Virus record (IMG/VR): IMGVR_UViG_3300049012_000004
Span: 1-41,214 of that record
DNA length: 41,214 bases
Strand: one strand, 5' to 3'
DNA from: a virus
Taxonomy: Duplodnaviria > Caudoviricetes
Numbering within the stretch: position 1 is the stretch's first letter; the number at the start of each line of letters is the position of its first letter. Below, piece after piece: positions 18,801 through 27,490 of the stretch. Position numbers and translations under genes: made by a program. Under the pieces are notes generated by a model. The model was not told where the DNA came from. It saw only the letters and a program-made list of their open reading frames with translations, and ran no database searches.

Positions 18801-20663
18801 CACCAGATGGCGAACGAGTTTGGACGAGAGTTCATGAACGACTTCTTCGCCCAGTCATTCAAACGGGCACGTCCTGAAATGGATGACGAGCGTGCGGAAC
18901 TACTAGGTAAGTGGTACGTTCAGGCGGTGGAGAAAGCCAAGCTGAACCAGAACGAAGACTTGTTGGATGCTGCACTTGCTGGTCAAGACATGCAGTGGTT
19001 GGCACAGTCTCTACGTGAGGTGAAGATTGATGAGGACATCATCAAGCAATTGTTGAACGACTTGAACCCAGCAACAAAGGGCGCAGTCAACAACAGCAAC
19101 TTGAAGTTCCGTTCACTGCTGGATGAGACTCTGGAAGTGACAGGACCTGATGGACGTACTATCAGCTTTGAAGACTTCTTCGATACCAACGTGATGAACC
19201 TCGGTGACCGCTACTTCAGTCGGATGGCTGGCTCTATCTCTCTGGCAAACAAGCTGGACATTTATGATGGTGCAGGTGAGGCCAACGAGATTGCCAAGGC
19301 ACTCGAACGCGAGCTAGGTACCACCATTGATGACGGTTTGAAGCGCCGAATGGAGAAGGACCTGAAGTTCGCCTTTGACCGTATCATGAATCGCCCTATG
19401 GAAGACCTGACGAAGTTCTCCAAGTCCGCCGAAATGTTCCGTAACTACAACGTGGCTACGAAAATGTCCATGGCGGTACTGAACCAGATTCAGGAACTGT
19501 CCCAGATACTGGGTACCATGGGTCTCAAGGCGACACTGGCCGCTGTGCCTGAGTTGAGGAAGTTCATGCGGGATGCCCGTACTGGAAAGTTGGGTAACGA
19601 CATGCTGAACCAACTTGAGGAAATGATTGATGGTGCAGGTAACGACCTAATCAACCGTATCCAGTGGGCACCAAACAATGACTGGGTAAGAACCTTCGGG
19701 GACTCTACAGTAAACCAGTGGTTGGACAAGGCTGATACCGCCTCACGGTTTATGGCTGATGGTGTCTTGAAGGTAACCGGGATGACTGGTTTGATGTCAC
19801 AGCAGAAGCGTCTACATGCTATTGCCTTTATCAACCACTTCCATGCTGCCGCGCTGGGTAAGAAGAAGTTGGCCTTCAGTGCTGACCGCCTTGCGTGGAT
19901 GGGTTTAAACCCGGAAGACTCAGGTAAGATACTAGGTAGTCTGAAGACTTACACCAAGCAGAAAGCCAATGGGCGTGTAGACACAGTGGACTTTGTAAAG
20001 TGGCAGTCTGAAGACCCTGACTCATTCAGTAAGTTCATGACCGCCTTCCAACGTGAAGCTCGTAGAACGGTACAGGAAAACGACTTGGCCTCAATGGTGC
20101 CCTTCATGGGAACCACACTGGGTCAGACATTCTTCCAGTTCATGAACTTTGTGGTTCAGGCTTGGAACAAGCAGATGATGTTCGCAGCAAACTACCGCGA
20201 CATCGAGACTGTACAAACCATGTTGTGGGGCACAATGATGTCCGCAATGACTTACACCTTCCGCACCTATCAACAGGCGCAGGGCCGCAGTGAAGAAGAG
20301 AAGCAGAAGTTCCTTGAAGAAAACCTTGCGTTAGACAAGGTAGTCCTTCGGTCTGTAGGCCGAATAGCTCAGGCTTCATTGATTCCTTCATTCATTGATA
20401 CCCTGTCCCCTGTACCGCTCTTTAGTGGTATGCGGACGACAACCGAGAAGACTGACTTGTTGGCTAACCCCACGACTGACCTTATCTCCACCGCCATGGC
20501 AACAGCCAAGCGTATCGGGAAGGCAGCGGCGGGGGAAGAGTCAATGAGCGAGGCAGACTACCGTGCTGCCCTCAAGATGCTCCCCATGAGTAACGCCATT
20601 GGGGTATCCTCGGTGTTGAATAACATTGCGGCAGACTTAGCTGCTGACGTGGAACTTGAGTAA
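15843..20663 (+). CDS. Internal virion protein D (gp16-like) with N-terminal lytic transglycosylase and internal HExxH domain
   Basis: SLT motifs AAVESNF, GAQGWFQFMPATA, ALVDYNGG; NYIPR and LGQTFFQFMNF core motifs; internal THELIH. Confidence 0.92.
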   Translation: MQMSKQQIREVITAAAEEHGVNPEVLYKMAAVESNFKADAVSPKGAQGWFQFMPATAKSYGVDDPTDLTQAAKGAAKYMADNLKKYNGDYELALVDYNGGPRAVKAYSKGNGFAESIGYTQKILGDETVRGSLRGRAPVVEVPSAGATRSITGGNVYGTDSPTRNADPFSITRASNIDAAGKTWTNLPERLSEAVSLGFKTENSAYAFLTRTPEESDIDLDFVLTDEVAKQYAADIPEDNREYVLSGGSLKAIQARRERYLAADKDRQELYKLGAGPALTGTLLGAGLDIPTLVGFIPLFGQTATVARGSRLVNAGINAVAAGAAGGVAEAVAGAYRPLQTQEDIMFAAIASGVFGGIGGGLAKLSPVVAPDANDLTDAIRRQANRELGGEVIPPAPSREVIVRPRDAAIEGEVLPPLEPTGLPGQRALPFDMVEGEGRFVDDAADGIEGPRGLPAPARDTEPAGMTGPLGIKEPRKEVPEEAVEPTVVPEKGVLPPPPKEEPVAPKKPKADPWKPEWNTPKFTTGMNARLTSIGNKRTLRLPELDKVGDLVEYIMKFSQNDAMKEILKKIGKVTNLKGIRAEIMGGGFSAAGAVTWRGANATSKQWERILKLKRGEAGFNEETLTHELIHYVTGWHIWAAMAKRGVQSSNIGFMVDLPEDLLKTLDPKKVQVGEELIDLWLEARKQLAGTSTSADFKYGLSDPHEFMTMGMTNREFQEALKSMKFGTSKKTVWNAFVEKLSNLLGISKGQSNAFKELVSIFERIADDSAEVAKFEKRSGRGKSKGVDSAQPMPEVELFAKNNPEVGDSVFGFGMGMEDRLMNKNIPKSVRVLAGKLFGTTKGYKDKAIAVGESVWDLKLKLQNGWRTKVNKAGYAGFNKYKMDGGYKLHEEFKAKEDFQKDMYRLLHGRVTEADVHPGVVEAVKEWRATMRDVVDNINNPAKATGGQKRGMTQRVTKDENGNDVLSDPLDYNDNYIPRVIDMQKWHQMANEFGREFMNDFFAQSFKRARPEMDDERAELLGKWYVQAVEKAKLNQNEDLLDAALAGQDMQWLAQSLREVKIDEDIIKQLLNDLNPATKGAVNNSNLKFRSLLDETLEVTGPDGRTISFEDFFDTNVMNLGDRYFSRMAGSISLANKLDIYDGAGEANEIAKALERELGTTIDDGLKRRMEKDLKFAFDRIMNRPMEDLTKFSKSAEMFRNYNVATKMSMAVLNQIQELSQILGTMGLKATLAAVPELRKFMRDARTGKLGNDMLNQLEEMIDGAGNDLINRIQWAPNNDWVRTFGDSTVNQWLDKADTASRFMADGVLKVTGMTGLMSQQKRLHAIAFINHFHAAALGKKKLAFSADRLAWMGLNPEDSGKILGSLKTYTKQKANGRVDTVDFVKWQSEDPDSFSKFMTAFQREARRTVQENDLASMVPFMGTTLGQTFFQFMNFVVQAWNKQMMFAANYRDIETVQTMLWGTMMSAMTYTFRTYQQAQGRSEEEKQKFLEENLALDKVVLRSVGRIAQASLIPSFIDTLSPVPLFSGMRTTTEKTDLLANPTTDLISTAMATAKRIGKAAAGEESMSEADYRAALKMLPMSNAIGVSSVLNNIAADLAADVELE

Positions 20664-20669
20664 TCAACT

Positions 20670-20697
20670 GGGGCACCTTCGGGTGTCCCTATTTTTT
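20670..20697 (+). terminator. Rho-independent terminator after gp16
   Basis: GGGGCACC-TTCG-GGTGTCCC-TATTTTTT. Confidence 0.8.
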
Positions 20698-20707
20698 GGA
20701 GAACAAG

Positions 20708-21424
20708 ATGGCTTTTAGCTTTCAAACATACGTGGGTTCAGCAGGCCGGGTGGACTTTCAGTTCGACTTCCCGTACCTAGATGAAGACCACGTTCAAGTA
20801 ACGGTTGATGGTTTGGCGGCACAGTTTGCCTTCCTGAATCCCTCAACGGTACGTCTGGCAACGCCGCCTGCTGATGGCGCAGCAATCCTTATCCGCCGCA
20901 GAACACCTATTGACAAAGCCCCTGTAGATTACAACGATGGTACTGTACTGGCCGAGAAAGACTTGGACCGGGCTGTACTATACAACCTGTACGTAGTTCA
21001 GGAACTGCGTGATGAGTTGGATGCAGATGTGCAGTTGGGTGAAGGCGATGGTGAACTCCTGAACAACGCTTCGTTTAATTACGACTTAGCCTTGTCGGTC
21101 CCCTATGCCCCTGAGAATGAAGAGGTACTGTTGAACATTGTGATGACAACCAACGTCAGACTCGGTGTTAATGCGGGAGGTTCCACTTCCTATGTTCGTA
21201 TCCCAGCACTAGGCAGTAACGCAGTGTTCAGTCTACGCCGGAATGGTGTGGAGATTGGTACCTTGACTTTCCTTGCAGGTTCAAACGTGGGTGTCTTCTC
21301 GGTACCAACCGAAGTGGTGTTCGCTGTGGGTGACCGCCTTGATGTTGTTTCCCCCGCACTGGTTCCCTTGAATTTCCGAGGTATGGGTGTGGTCCTACGT
21401 ACACGCAGAGTAACGGTGGTGTAA
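20708..21424 (+). CDS. Short tail-fibre adaptor (T7 gp17 N-terminal domain)
   Basis: YVG..GRVDFQFDFPYLDEDHVQVTVDG...IRRRTP...VDYNDGTVLAEKDLD...LYVVQE; GGAG RBS. Confidence 0.9.
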   Translation: MAFSFQTYVGSAGRVDFQFDFPYLDEDHVQVTVDGLAAQFAFLNPSTVRLATPPADGAAILIRRRTPIDKAPVDYNDGTVLAEKDLDRAVLYNLYVVQELRDELDADVQLGEGDGELLNNASFNYDLALSVPYAPENEEVLLNIVMTTNVRLGVNAGGSTSYVRIPALGSNAVFSLRRNGVEIGTLTFLAGSNVGVFSVPTEVVFAVGDRLDVVSPALVPLNFRGMGVVLRTRRVTVV

Positions 21425-21426
21425 TC

Positions 21427-22623
21427 ATGAGTTTCGTCTACATTGAGGGTTTCGACAACTTCGCTGTCAACCAAGACTTACGCGATGAGGGCTGGCAAAG
21501 CACTCGAAGTGATGGTGCAATTCTAGGAAGCACGCTGACGTTTTACTCAGGTAGACTGAACGAGCGTAGCTTCGGTAAGAACACTGCAAGTACAAACACT
21601 GATGGATTCGGCAGGTTAATCCCTGCTGCCATTGAGCGAAACCTGCACATGGGTTTTGGTTTTAAGGATGCGGGACAGCGTGAGAATTCTTCTTGGTCCT
21701 CGTCTTCTGAGGTGGTATCGAACATTGTGACTGCGATGACTACAGCCAGTAACGGTTCCCTGAAGCCAATCCTTGTTGTTACCTACCTACATCGCTCTCG
21801 AAGATTCGCCATCACAAGCAACACAAACACAAACATCACTAACCCCGGAAGTACCTCTGTCAGTCAAAGGACATTCTATTCGGATGCTCCTGACTGGTTT
21901 GACCCCACGGTTTGGAACTATCTTGAACTCATTGTGACAAACAACGGTAACGAAGCATACCTATTCTGTAACGGTGAGGCGGTGGCGAGTAACATCGACA
22001 CGGGAATTGTTTATGGCTCAGGAGGATTCACATTCTTCTACTTCATCGACTTCCCGAACAGGGTCCAGTGGAGTTACCCAATCCACGGACCTATTGGTAA
22101 CGGTGAGTTTACAGGGAACGCTGTCGGTGTAGGGGGTCCCAGACCACGATATGATGACGTGTTCATCAAACAGTCAACCGTACTTGCACAACCTTTAGGG
22201 GACTTTAGGATTAACGATGGTCCTGCAACAGCAGACTTCTCTGTTGAGTTTACCCCAACGGTTGGTTCACTGGATAACTTCTCGAACCTTGATGAACTTA
22301 CAGCCGATGGTGACATCACTGTGGTATCTTCGGACACTCCCACAAAGACAGACCTATATTCACACTCTGTGGTTCTTTCACCTGTTGTTGTTCCGAATAC
22401 CGTGACGGTAAAGACACGGGTCGTGGCAAAGAACGCTGTGATTGCCCCTGTGGTATTCGCTGGGGTTATCTCGGACGGTCTTGTTACAATCGAAGGTGGT
22501 GTATATCCGATAGGAACAACCTATGGATACCATTCCTTAACCTACAACACAGATGCCAATGGTGTTCCATGGACAAAGCTGAGTGCTGAGTCAACACTAT
22601 TTGGATTCATCCACAAACCATAG
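21427..22623 (+). CDS. Putative receptor-binding protein 1 (LamG/ConA-like beta-sandwich)
   Basis: YIEGFD, WNYLEL, YDDVFI, PLGDFRI; lies in the tail module; paralogous to the next gene. Confidence 0.7.
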   Translation: MSFVYIEGFDNFAVNQDLRDEGWQSTRSDGAILGSTLTFYSGRLNERSFGKNTASTNTDGFGRLIPAAIERNLHMGFGFKDAGQRENSSWSSSSEVVSNIVTAMTTASNGSLKPILVVTYLHRSRRFAITSNTNTNITNPGSTSVSQRTFYSDAPDWFDPTVWNYLELIVTNNGNEAYLFCNGEAVASNIDTGIVYGSGGFTFFYFIDFPNRVQWSYPIHGPIGNGEFTGNAVGVGGPRPRYDDVFIKQSTVLAQPLGDFRINDGPATADFSVEFTPTVGSLDNFSNLDELTADGDITVVSSDTPTKTDLYSHSVVLSPVVVPNTVTVKTRVVAKNAVIAPVVFAGVISDGLVTIEGGVYPIGTTYGYHSLTYNTDANGVPWTKLSAESTLFGFIHKP

Positions 22624-22631
22624 GAGTTTTT

Positions 22632-23687
22632 ATGTCAATTACTTTCATTGATGGCTTCTCCACTTATGGGACCACGGAGAAACTCTACCAGAACGGGTGG
22701 GTTCCAACAGGTTCCAGCCCCACTACCTTCACTACAGGTCGGTTTGCAGGTTCCTCTGCTGCCAGTTTTGATGGTATTCAGCGTGGACTACGCCGCAGCT
22801 TTGGTCAAGGTGCAGTGACTGAGTTCTGTATTGGGTTTGCCCACCGGGTTAATTCTTCAGATTCAAACTCAATTAGGGTTCTAAACCTGTTCGGCCAAAC
22901 AATTCCCCGGTACATCCTGCGGATATTACCAGAGGGTGTTCTTGAAGTACTGTACAACAACAACCTGTCCAGCAGTCAGATTACTTTGGAAACCCTGAGT
23001 TTGGGCCAAGGCTCAACTGTGGTAAACACTGTAGGTGCTTGGAACTACATCGAGTTCCGTGTGTTCGACAACACGAGTTTCCAAGTGTTTGTGAACGGTA
23101 CCCTAGACTTTGGAGGTACCCTACCTGACTCCGTTAGCCTGTTCTCCTACGGCTTTGGATACGACCCCGTATTCCAAAACAACGGTGGACAACGAAGCCG
23201 TGTTACAGACCTCTATGTTAAAGTGGCGGGTGGTATCTACAATACTGACACATTACCTCTGGGCGACTGTCGGGTTGACGTTAAGGTTCCTGAAGAGGAT
23301 GTGACAACCCAATTCGTTCCGTCTTCCGGGACAACCAACTACGAGAACGTTGATGAGCGGGAGCAGGATGGTGATGCAACGTTTGTCAGTGCTGCAAACA
23401 CTGGTGAGTTCGATGCTTACCGCTCTACTACCCCACTACCGTACAATCCCCAAAAGATTCATGCGGTTCAAGTCGGTGTTGTAGCCCGGAAGTCCGATGC
23501 AGGTCTTCGCCGCGCGGGTATTCGTGTACAATCCGCTGGTGGTACGGTGGTTACCTTCCCCGGAACATCACTGGGTATCGAATACCAGAGAACCAACGAG
23601 GTTCTTGAGGTTGACCCAGATGGTAACATCGAATGGTCAAAGCCTAAAGTTGATTCCTTAATCTTCGGCCCACGTATCGAGGTGTAA
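22632..23687 (+). CDS. Putative receptor-binding protein 2 (paralog of 21427-22623)
   Basis: FIDGFS, WNYIEF, VTDLYV, PLGDCRV; AGGAG RBS. Confidence 0.7.
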   Translation: MSITFIDGFSTYGTTEKLYQNGWVPTGSSPTTFTTGRFAGSSAASFDGIQRGLRRSFGQGAVTEFCIGFAHRVNSSDSNSIRVLNLFGQTIPRYILRILPEGVLEVLYNNNLSSSQITLETLSLGQGSTVVNTVGAWNYIEFRVFDNTSFQVFVNGTLDFGGTLPDSVSLFSYGFGYDPVFQNNGGQRSRVTDLYVKVAGGIYNTDTLPLGDCRVDVKVPEEDVTTQFVPSSGTTNYENVDEREQDGDATFVSAANTGEFDAYRSTTPLPYNPQKIHAVQVGVVARKSDAGLRRAGIRVQSAGGTVVTFPGTSLGIEYQRTNEVLEVDPDGNIEWSKPKVDSLIFGPRIEV

Positions 23688-23688
23688 C

Positions 23689-23958
23689 ATGAGTAACCCT
23701 GTAGTCACCAAGCAGAATATCGCCATCGGATTCTCGGTGGACACGTCTGTGGTTGACGTTAGGGTTACCTCAATCAATCTGCAAGTCCTTGCCAGCGTAG
23801 CTGCTGGTTTGGACAACCTTGTTAGGGTTACGCAGGTACCAGTTGAGGTACTTCTTTCGGCTTCCCCAGCTAAGGCACCCTCGGTGTCAATCATTCAACA
23901 CGGATGGAACCCAGACTTGGATGTTCCACCAGAATTAGAAACGGATTTAGAACCATGA
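23689..23958 (+). CDS. Small Val-rich tail-module protein
   Basis: Internal repeat VVTKQNI / VRVTSINLQVL / VRVTQVPVEVL; tightly packed between its neighbours. Confidence 0.65.
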   Translation: MSNPVVTKQNIAIGFSVDTSVVDVRVTSINLQVLASVAAGLDNLVRVTQVPVEVLLSASPAKAPSVSIIQHGWNPDLDVPPELETDLEP

Positions 23959-24185
23959 ACCATGAAGACGTTACTGACAAGCGGGTAACACTGCTTGAGT
24001 TCCGCATGGAACTACAAGAGAAAGCGACTTCGGAACTCACAACCACTGTCTCGGCGGTGGACAAAGCCTTGGGCAACGTAGTACAGCAACTATCTCAAAT
24101 CAAATGGATTGCCATTGGGGGTATTGCCTCCCTGTTTCTTGCAGGGTCCCCATGGGCAGCTAAAGTAATAGGATTGATTCTATGA
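23955..24185 (+). CDS. Coiled-coil plus C-terminal TM protein (holin-like, gp17.5 position)
   Basis: ATGA overlap; heptad-like N-terminus then WIAIGGIASLFLAG hydrophobic segment. Confidence 0.6.
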   Translation: MNHEDVTDKRVTLLEFRMELQEKATSELTTTVSAVDKALGNVVQQLSQIKWIAIGGIASLFLAGSPWAAKVIGLIL

Positions 24186-24448
24186 GTAAAGCCTCAGAAA
24201 AGGTCCTTAATGACCTTCACACTAAACTTGCAGAGGTCCTGAAGGACGCACTTGCGGATAAGCACGACCCGGAGACTGGCGACAAGCTGCCTCCCAACGC
24301 TGCAATTCTGAACGTGGCCCGACAGTTCCTCAAAGACAACAAGATTGAAGCCGGTCTGACCAACACTGATTCAGCTATCGGCTCTCTGGCTGACCTGCCA
24401 GTGTTCGATGATGACGAGAATGTGGTGCCCTTCAGGGCTTCCAAGTAA
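24182..24448 (+). CDS. Terminase small subunit (gp18-like)
   Basis: KASE..L..LH..LA..L, AAILNVARQFLKDNKI, LADLPVFD. Confidence 0.92.
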   Translation: MSKASEKVLNDLHTKLAEVLKDALADKHDPETGDKLPPNAAILNVARQFLKDNKIEAGLTNTDSAIGSLADLPVFDDDENVVPFRASK

Positions 24449-24502
24449 CACGGTAAGGGGTGAGTATCCCCTTGCCCCTACCGATGCAACCAAGAGGCCC
24501 TC

Positions 24503-26197
24503 ATGACTCCACAACAGCAGGAATACGCACGGATGTTGAAAGACTTCCGGGTGTTTATCTTTCTGGTATGGCGCAGTTTAAACCTGCCCAAACCAACCCG
24601 TATGCAAAACGACATTGCACTCTACCTTCAGCATGGTCCAAAGCGTTCAATCATTGAGGCTTTCCGTGGTGTTGGTAAATCATGGCTCACAGCGGCCTTT
24701 GTCGTGTGGCTGTTGCTTCGCAATCCCCAGTTGAAGATTATGGTAGTGTCGGCCTCCAAGGACCGCTCAGATGCCTTCTCAACGTTTGTGAAGCGAATCA
24801 TTAACGAACTCCCTATTTGTGAACACCTGAGGACCAAGCCGGGTCAACGGGACTCCATGATTAGCTTTGATGTTGGCCCAGCCACTCCTGACCAGTCACC
24901 TTCGGTTAAGTCCGTGGGTATCACCGGGCAGCTTACTGGTTCTCGTGCTGATATTATCATTGCCGATGACGTGGAAGTTCTGAACAACTCCGCTACTCAG
25001 GCCATGCGTGACAAGCTCAGTGAACTGGTAAAGGAATTCGATGCGATTCTGAAACCGCTGGACACCTCAAGGATTATCTACTTGGGTACCCCGCAGTGTG
25101 AAATGTCCCTGTACAACGCCTTGCCAGAACGTGGCTACGAAGTACGGGTATGGCCTGCTCAGTATCCCACCGCCAATAAGGTGGCAAACTACAAGGGACG
25201 ACTGGCCCCCATCATTACCCATGACATGGAGAATGGTGCAAACGCTGGTGACCCTACAGACCCTGTACGATTCACCCACGAGGACTTGATGGAACGCCGG
25301 GTCTCCTATGGAGCCGCAGGCTTTGCCATGCAGTTCATGCTGGATACAACCCTGAGCGATACCGAGAAGTACCCATTGAAGCTGAAGGACCTGATTGTAC
25401 AGTCCTTGGCACTCGACAGGGGACCCTTGAAGTTGGCTTGGGCTGCTGACAAGGACTTGGCCCATACCGACCTTGAAGCCATGGGGCTTACTGGTGACCG
25501 TTTCTATTCCCCCTTCTGGGTTGACCGGGAGAACATGAAGGAATGGGAAGGTACCGTATTAGCCATTGACCCGAGCGGTAGAGGCTCCGATGAGACCGGG
25601 TATGCCGTAGTATCCCAGCTTGGTGGTTATCTCTTCCTGAGGGCTTCTGGTGGCCTCCGTGGGGGTTATACACCTGAGAACCTTGAGACTCTGGCAAACA
25701 TCGCCAAGAACTACAAGGCCAAGCAGGTAATCATTGAGGCCAACTTCGGTGATGGTATGTATTCAGAACTCATCAAACCTGTACTGGGAAGAATATATCC
25801 CTGCTCAGTTGAAGAGGTGAAACACCACACCCAGAAGGAACGCCGCATCATTGACACGCTGGAACCAGTACTGTCAACCCATAGGCTGGTTGTCGATAAG
25901 GCAGTCATTGAGAAGGACTACAAGGACACCATGGTAGACCCATGCTATTCCCTGTTCTATCAGATGACCCGTATCACCGCTGACCGTGGGGCATTGAAGC
26001 ATGATGACCGATTGGATGCCTTGGCTATTGCTGTTGCGTACTGGTCAGAAGCCATGGCCCGTGATAACGACAAAGCTCTGGAATCCCACAAGGCTAAACT
26101 GCTGGATGCAGAACTGAGGAAGTTCAAGTCTCAAGTAGTGGGTGCCAAGAAGCAATCCTCTGGTGGTTGGTTCAAAGGTAACCGAGGGTTCAGATAA
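24503..26197 (+). CDS. Terminase large subunit (gp19-like)
   Basis: IEAFRGVGKSW, GQLTGSRADIIIADDVE, YLGTPQ, IDPSGRGSDETGY, HDDRLDALA. Confidence 0.98.
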   Translation: MTPQQQEYARMLKDFRVFIFLVWRSLNLPKPTRMQNDIALYLQHGPKRSIIEAFRGVGKSWLTAAFVVWLLLRNPQLKIMVVSASKDRSDAFSTFVKRIINELPICEHLRTKPGQRDSMISFDVGPATPDQSPSVKSVGITGQLTGSRADIIIADDVEVLNNSATQAMRDKLSELVKEFDAILKPLDTSRIIYLGTPQCEMSLYNALPERGYEVRVWPAQYPTANKVANYKGRLAPIITHDMENGANAGDPTDPVRFTHEDLMERRVSYGAAGFAMQFMLDTTLSDTEKYPLKLKDLIVQSLALDRGPLKLAWAADKDLAHTDLEAMGLTGDRFYSPFWVDRENMKEWEGTVLAIDPSGRGSDETGYAVVSQLGGYLFLRASGGLRGGYTPENLETLANIAKNYKAKQVIIEANFGDGMYSELIKPVLGRIYPCSVEEVKHHTQKERRIIDTLEPVLSTHRLVVDKAVIEKDYKDTMVDPCYSLFYQMTRITADRGALKHDDRLDALAIAVAYWSEAMARDNDKALESHKAKLLDAELRKFKSQVVGAKKQSSGGWFKGNRGFR

Positions 26198-26206
26198 AGG
26201 TAGACG

Positions 26207-26225
26207 GTGAGGTATGATACTTGGT
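26207..26225 (+). promoter_or_regulatory. Putative phage RNAP promoter at the right end (phiOR equivalent)
   Basis: GTGAGGTATGATACTTGGT, consensus copy with no credible ORF downstream. Confidence 0.8.
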
Positions 26226-26543
26226 AGTATAAAGCTACTGGGGGCACGCTTCATCGTCTAGCGATGGGGTCCACGATACAGACCGTTTGTTGTCTGGTAG
26301 TGGCTCAGGGGAACTTCATTGCTGGACTAATGTGGATAACACACTAGGACCCAATAAGAAACCTGTGGGAACCTACTCACCTGAACTGGTAACCTACGTG
26401 TATCTCCCTTTGATGGGAATGATTGTAAGCTGAACAACCTTGAGTAACACTACTCTGGGTCTAGTAGCCTTCCCTTCAGATAGACTATTGGGGTAACCAC
26501 TGGGGGGTAGGGGGGCACCTCATAGGTTTCTTATTGCGTCCTA
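26223..26543 (+). ncRNA. Candidate structured non-coding RNA (or ssDNA hairpin element)
   Basis: 25-position stem 26345-26369/26519-26543, two further nested helices, three 5' hairpins, and a 15-bp cross pairing 26296-26310/26438-26454. Confidence 0.55.
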
Positions 26544-26635
26544 ATATAGAGTAACCTTGTAAGGTCTCTTTAAGATACCCTATAAGAGTAATGACCATCA
26601 TAGATATAAACTATCCATGACCTATCCTGTAGACA

Positions 26636-27064
26636 ACCCTCAAGGTAATCCACAAGATGATTCAGCTAGGTACCCCTTAGGGGGTGACCGCTCAGTGGAC
26701 TGTAGGTACCTTCTGGTGACTCCCATGGGGTATCCCGTAGGGAGGAATGTTTATAGTGAAAAATGTGAGAGAGTAATCGACAAGATCGGGACAGTTCAAA
26801 CCCCCCTTGCCACCCCTGCTCTACCCACAGGACACCCCACAAGTTCCCCCACAAGGGTAACGCGCAGGCGTGCACGGGTATACGATAGGGGAATCCTATG
26901 GGTAATCAAGGGGTTATCATAGGGATTGACTATAGGGGAGACTCAAGGGGATAGTCAGGGGCTATGTCCTAGGCTATCTGTTCCCCTCAAGATACACCAC
27001 AAGATGTAGTACTGGATACCACCGCCACCACAACCTATAGTGTACCCTCAAGACAATCCACAAG
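26636..27064. repeat. Short-repeat region likely flanking the physical termini (T7 SRR/SRL-like)
   Basis: Repeated CC(A/T)CAAG heptamers near 26639, 26650, 26837, 26849, 26985, 26997, 27046 and 27058, plus ~12-nt-period GGG(G) repeats at 26885-26963; lies between terL and the early promoters. Confidence 0.65.
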
Positions 27065-27091
27065 GCGTATCAATTTTTTTCTTCGAGGGGG

Positions 27092-27120
27092 TTGACAAGG
27101 TGCCCGGAAGTGTGCACAAT
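27092..27120 (+). promoter_or_regulatory. Host sigma70 promoter A1
   Basis: TTGACA-N17-CACAAT with an upstream T-tract. Confidence 0.8.
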
Positions 27121-27156
27121 GGGAACCACTGATTCAACACAACAAGGAAATAGACC

Positions 27157-27372
27157 ATGATTACACGTGAAGCCTTTGAACAAATGGACCATGCCAAGCT
27201 GGTAAACATGCTGGTATCAATTCAGGGCCTTATAGGTGCCCAGCGTTCCAAGTGGATAGAATTAAAACGGGGTGCTGAGGTGGAAGGTTTCCAGATTATG
27301 GCGACTCGCTTGGAGGCCCGGATTGAGACCGCGAGTCACCTTCTGGATGCCATTTCGAGGGAGGCCGAGTAA
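27157..27372 (+). CDS. Early hypothetical protein
   Basis: AAGGA RBS directly after promoter A1; followed by the hairpin GGGACCC-GCAA-GGGTTCC (27380-27397). Confidence 0.75.
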   Translation: MITREAFEQMDHAKLVNMLVSIQGLIGAQRSKWIELKRGAEVEGFQIMATRLEARIETASHLLDAISREAE

Positions 27373-27433
27373 CCCACAAGGGACCCGCAAGGGTTCCATT
27401 CTGTCAGGCTCTTATCAATTTTTTGGTAGGGGG

Positions 27434-27462
27434 TTGACAAAATGGAAAACACCGTGTAGAAT
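27434..27462 (+). promoter_or_regulatory. Host sigma70 promoter A2
   Basis: TTGACA-N17-TAGAAT with an upstream T-tract. Confidence 0.88.
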
Positions 27463-27490
27463 GGTTTCCATGCTGAAGAAAACACTCAGC

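Noticed and set aside
26223-26543. tRNA, group I intron, retron msr-msd or hammerhead identity for the structured element
   Set aside because: No T-loop/CCA cloverleaf, no P7 GACUA/UAGUC pair in range, no interrupted gene, no reverse transcriptase in the genome, and no CUGAUGA/GAAA core
26617-26922. 101-aa ORF in the terminal region
   Set aside because: No RBS, composition driven by the short repeats, and atypical codon use
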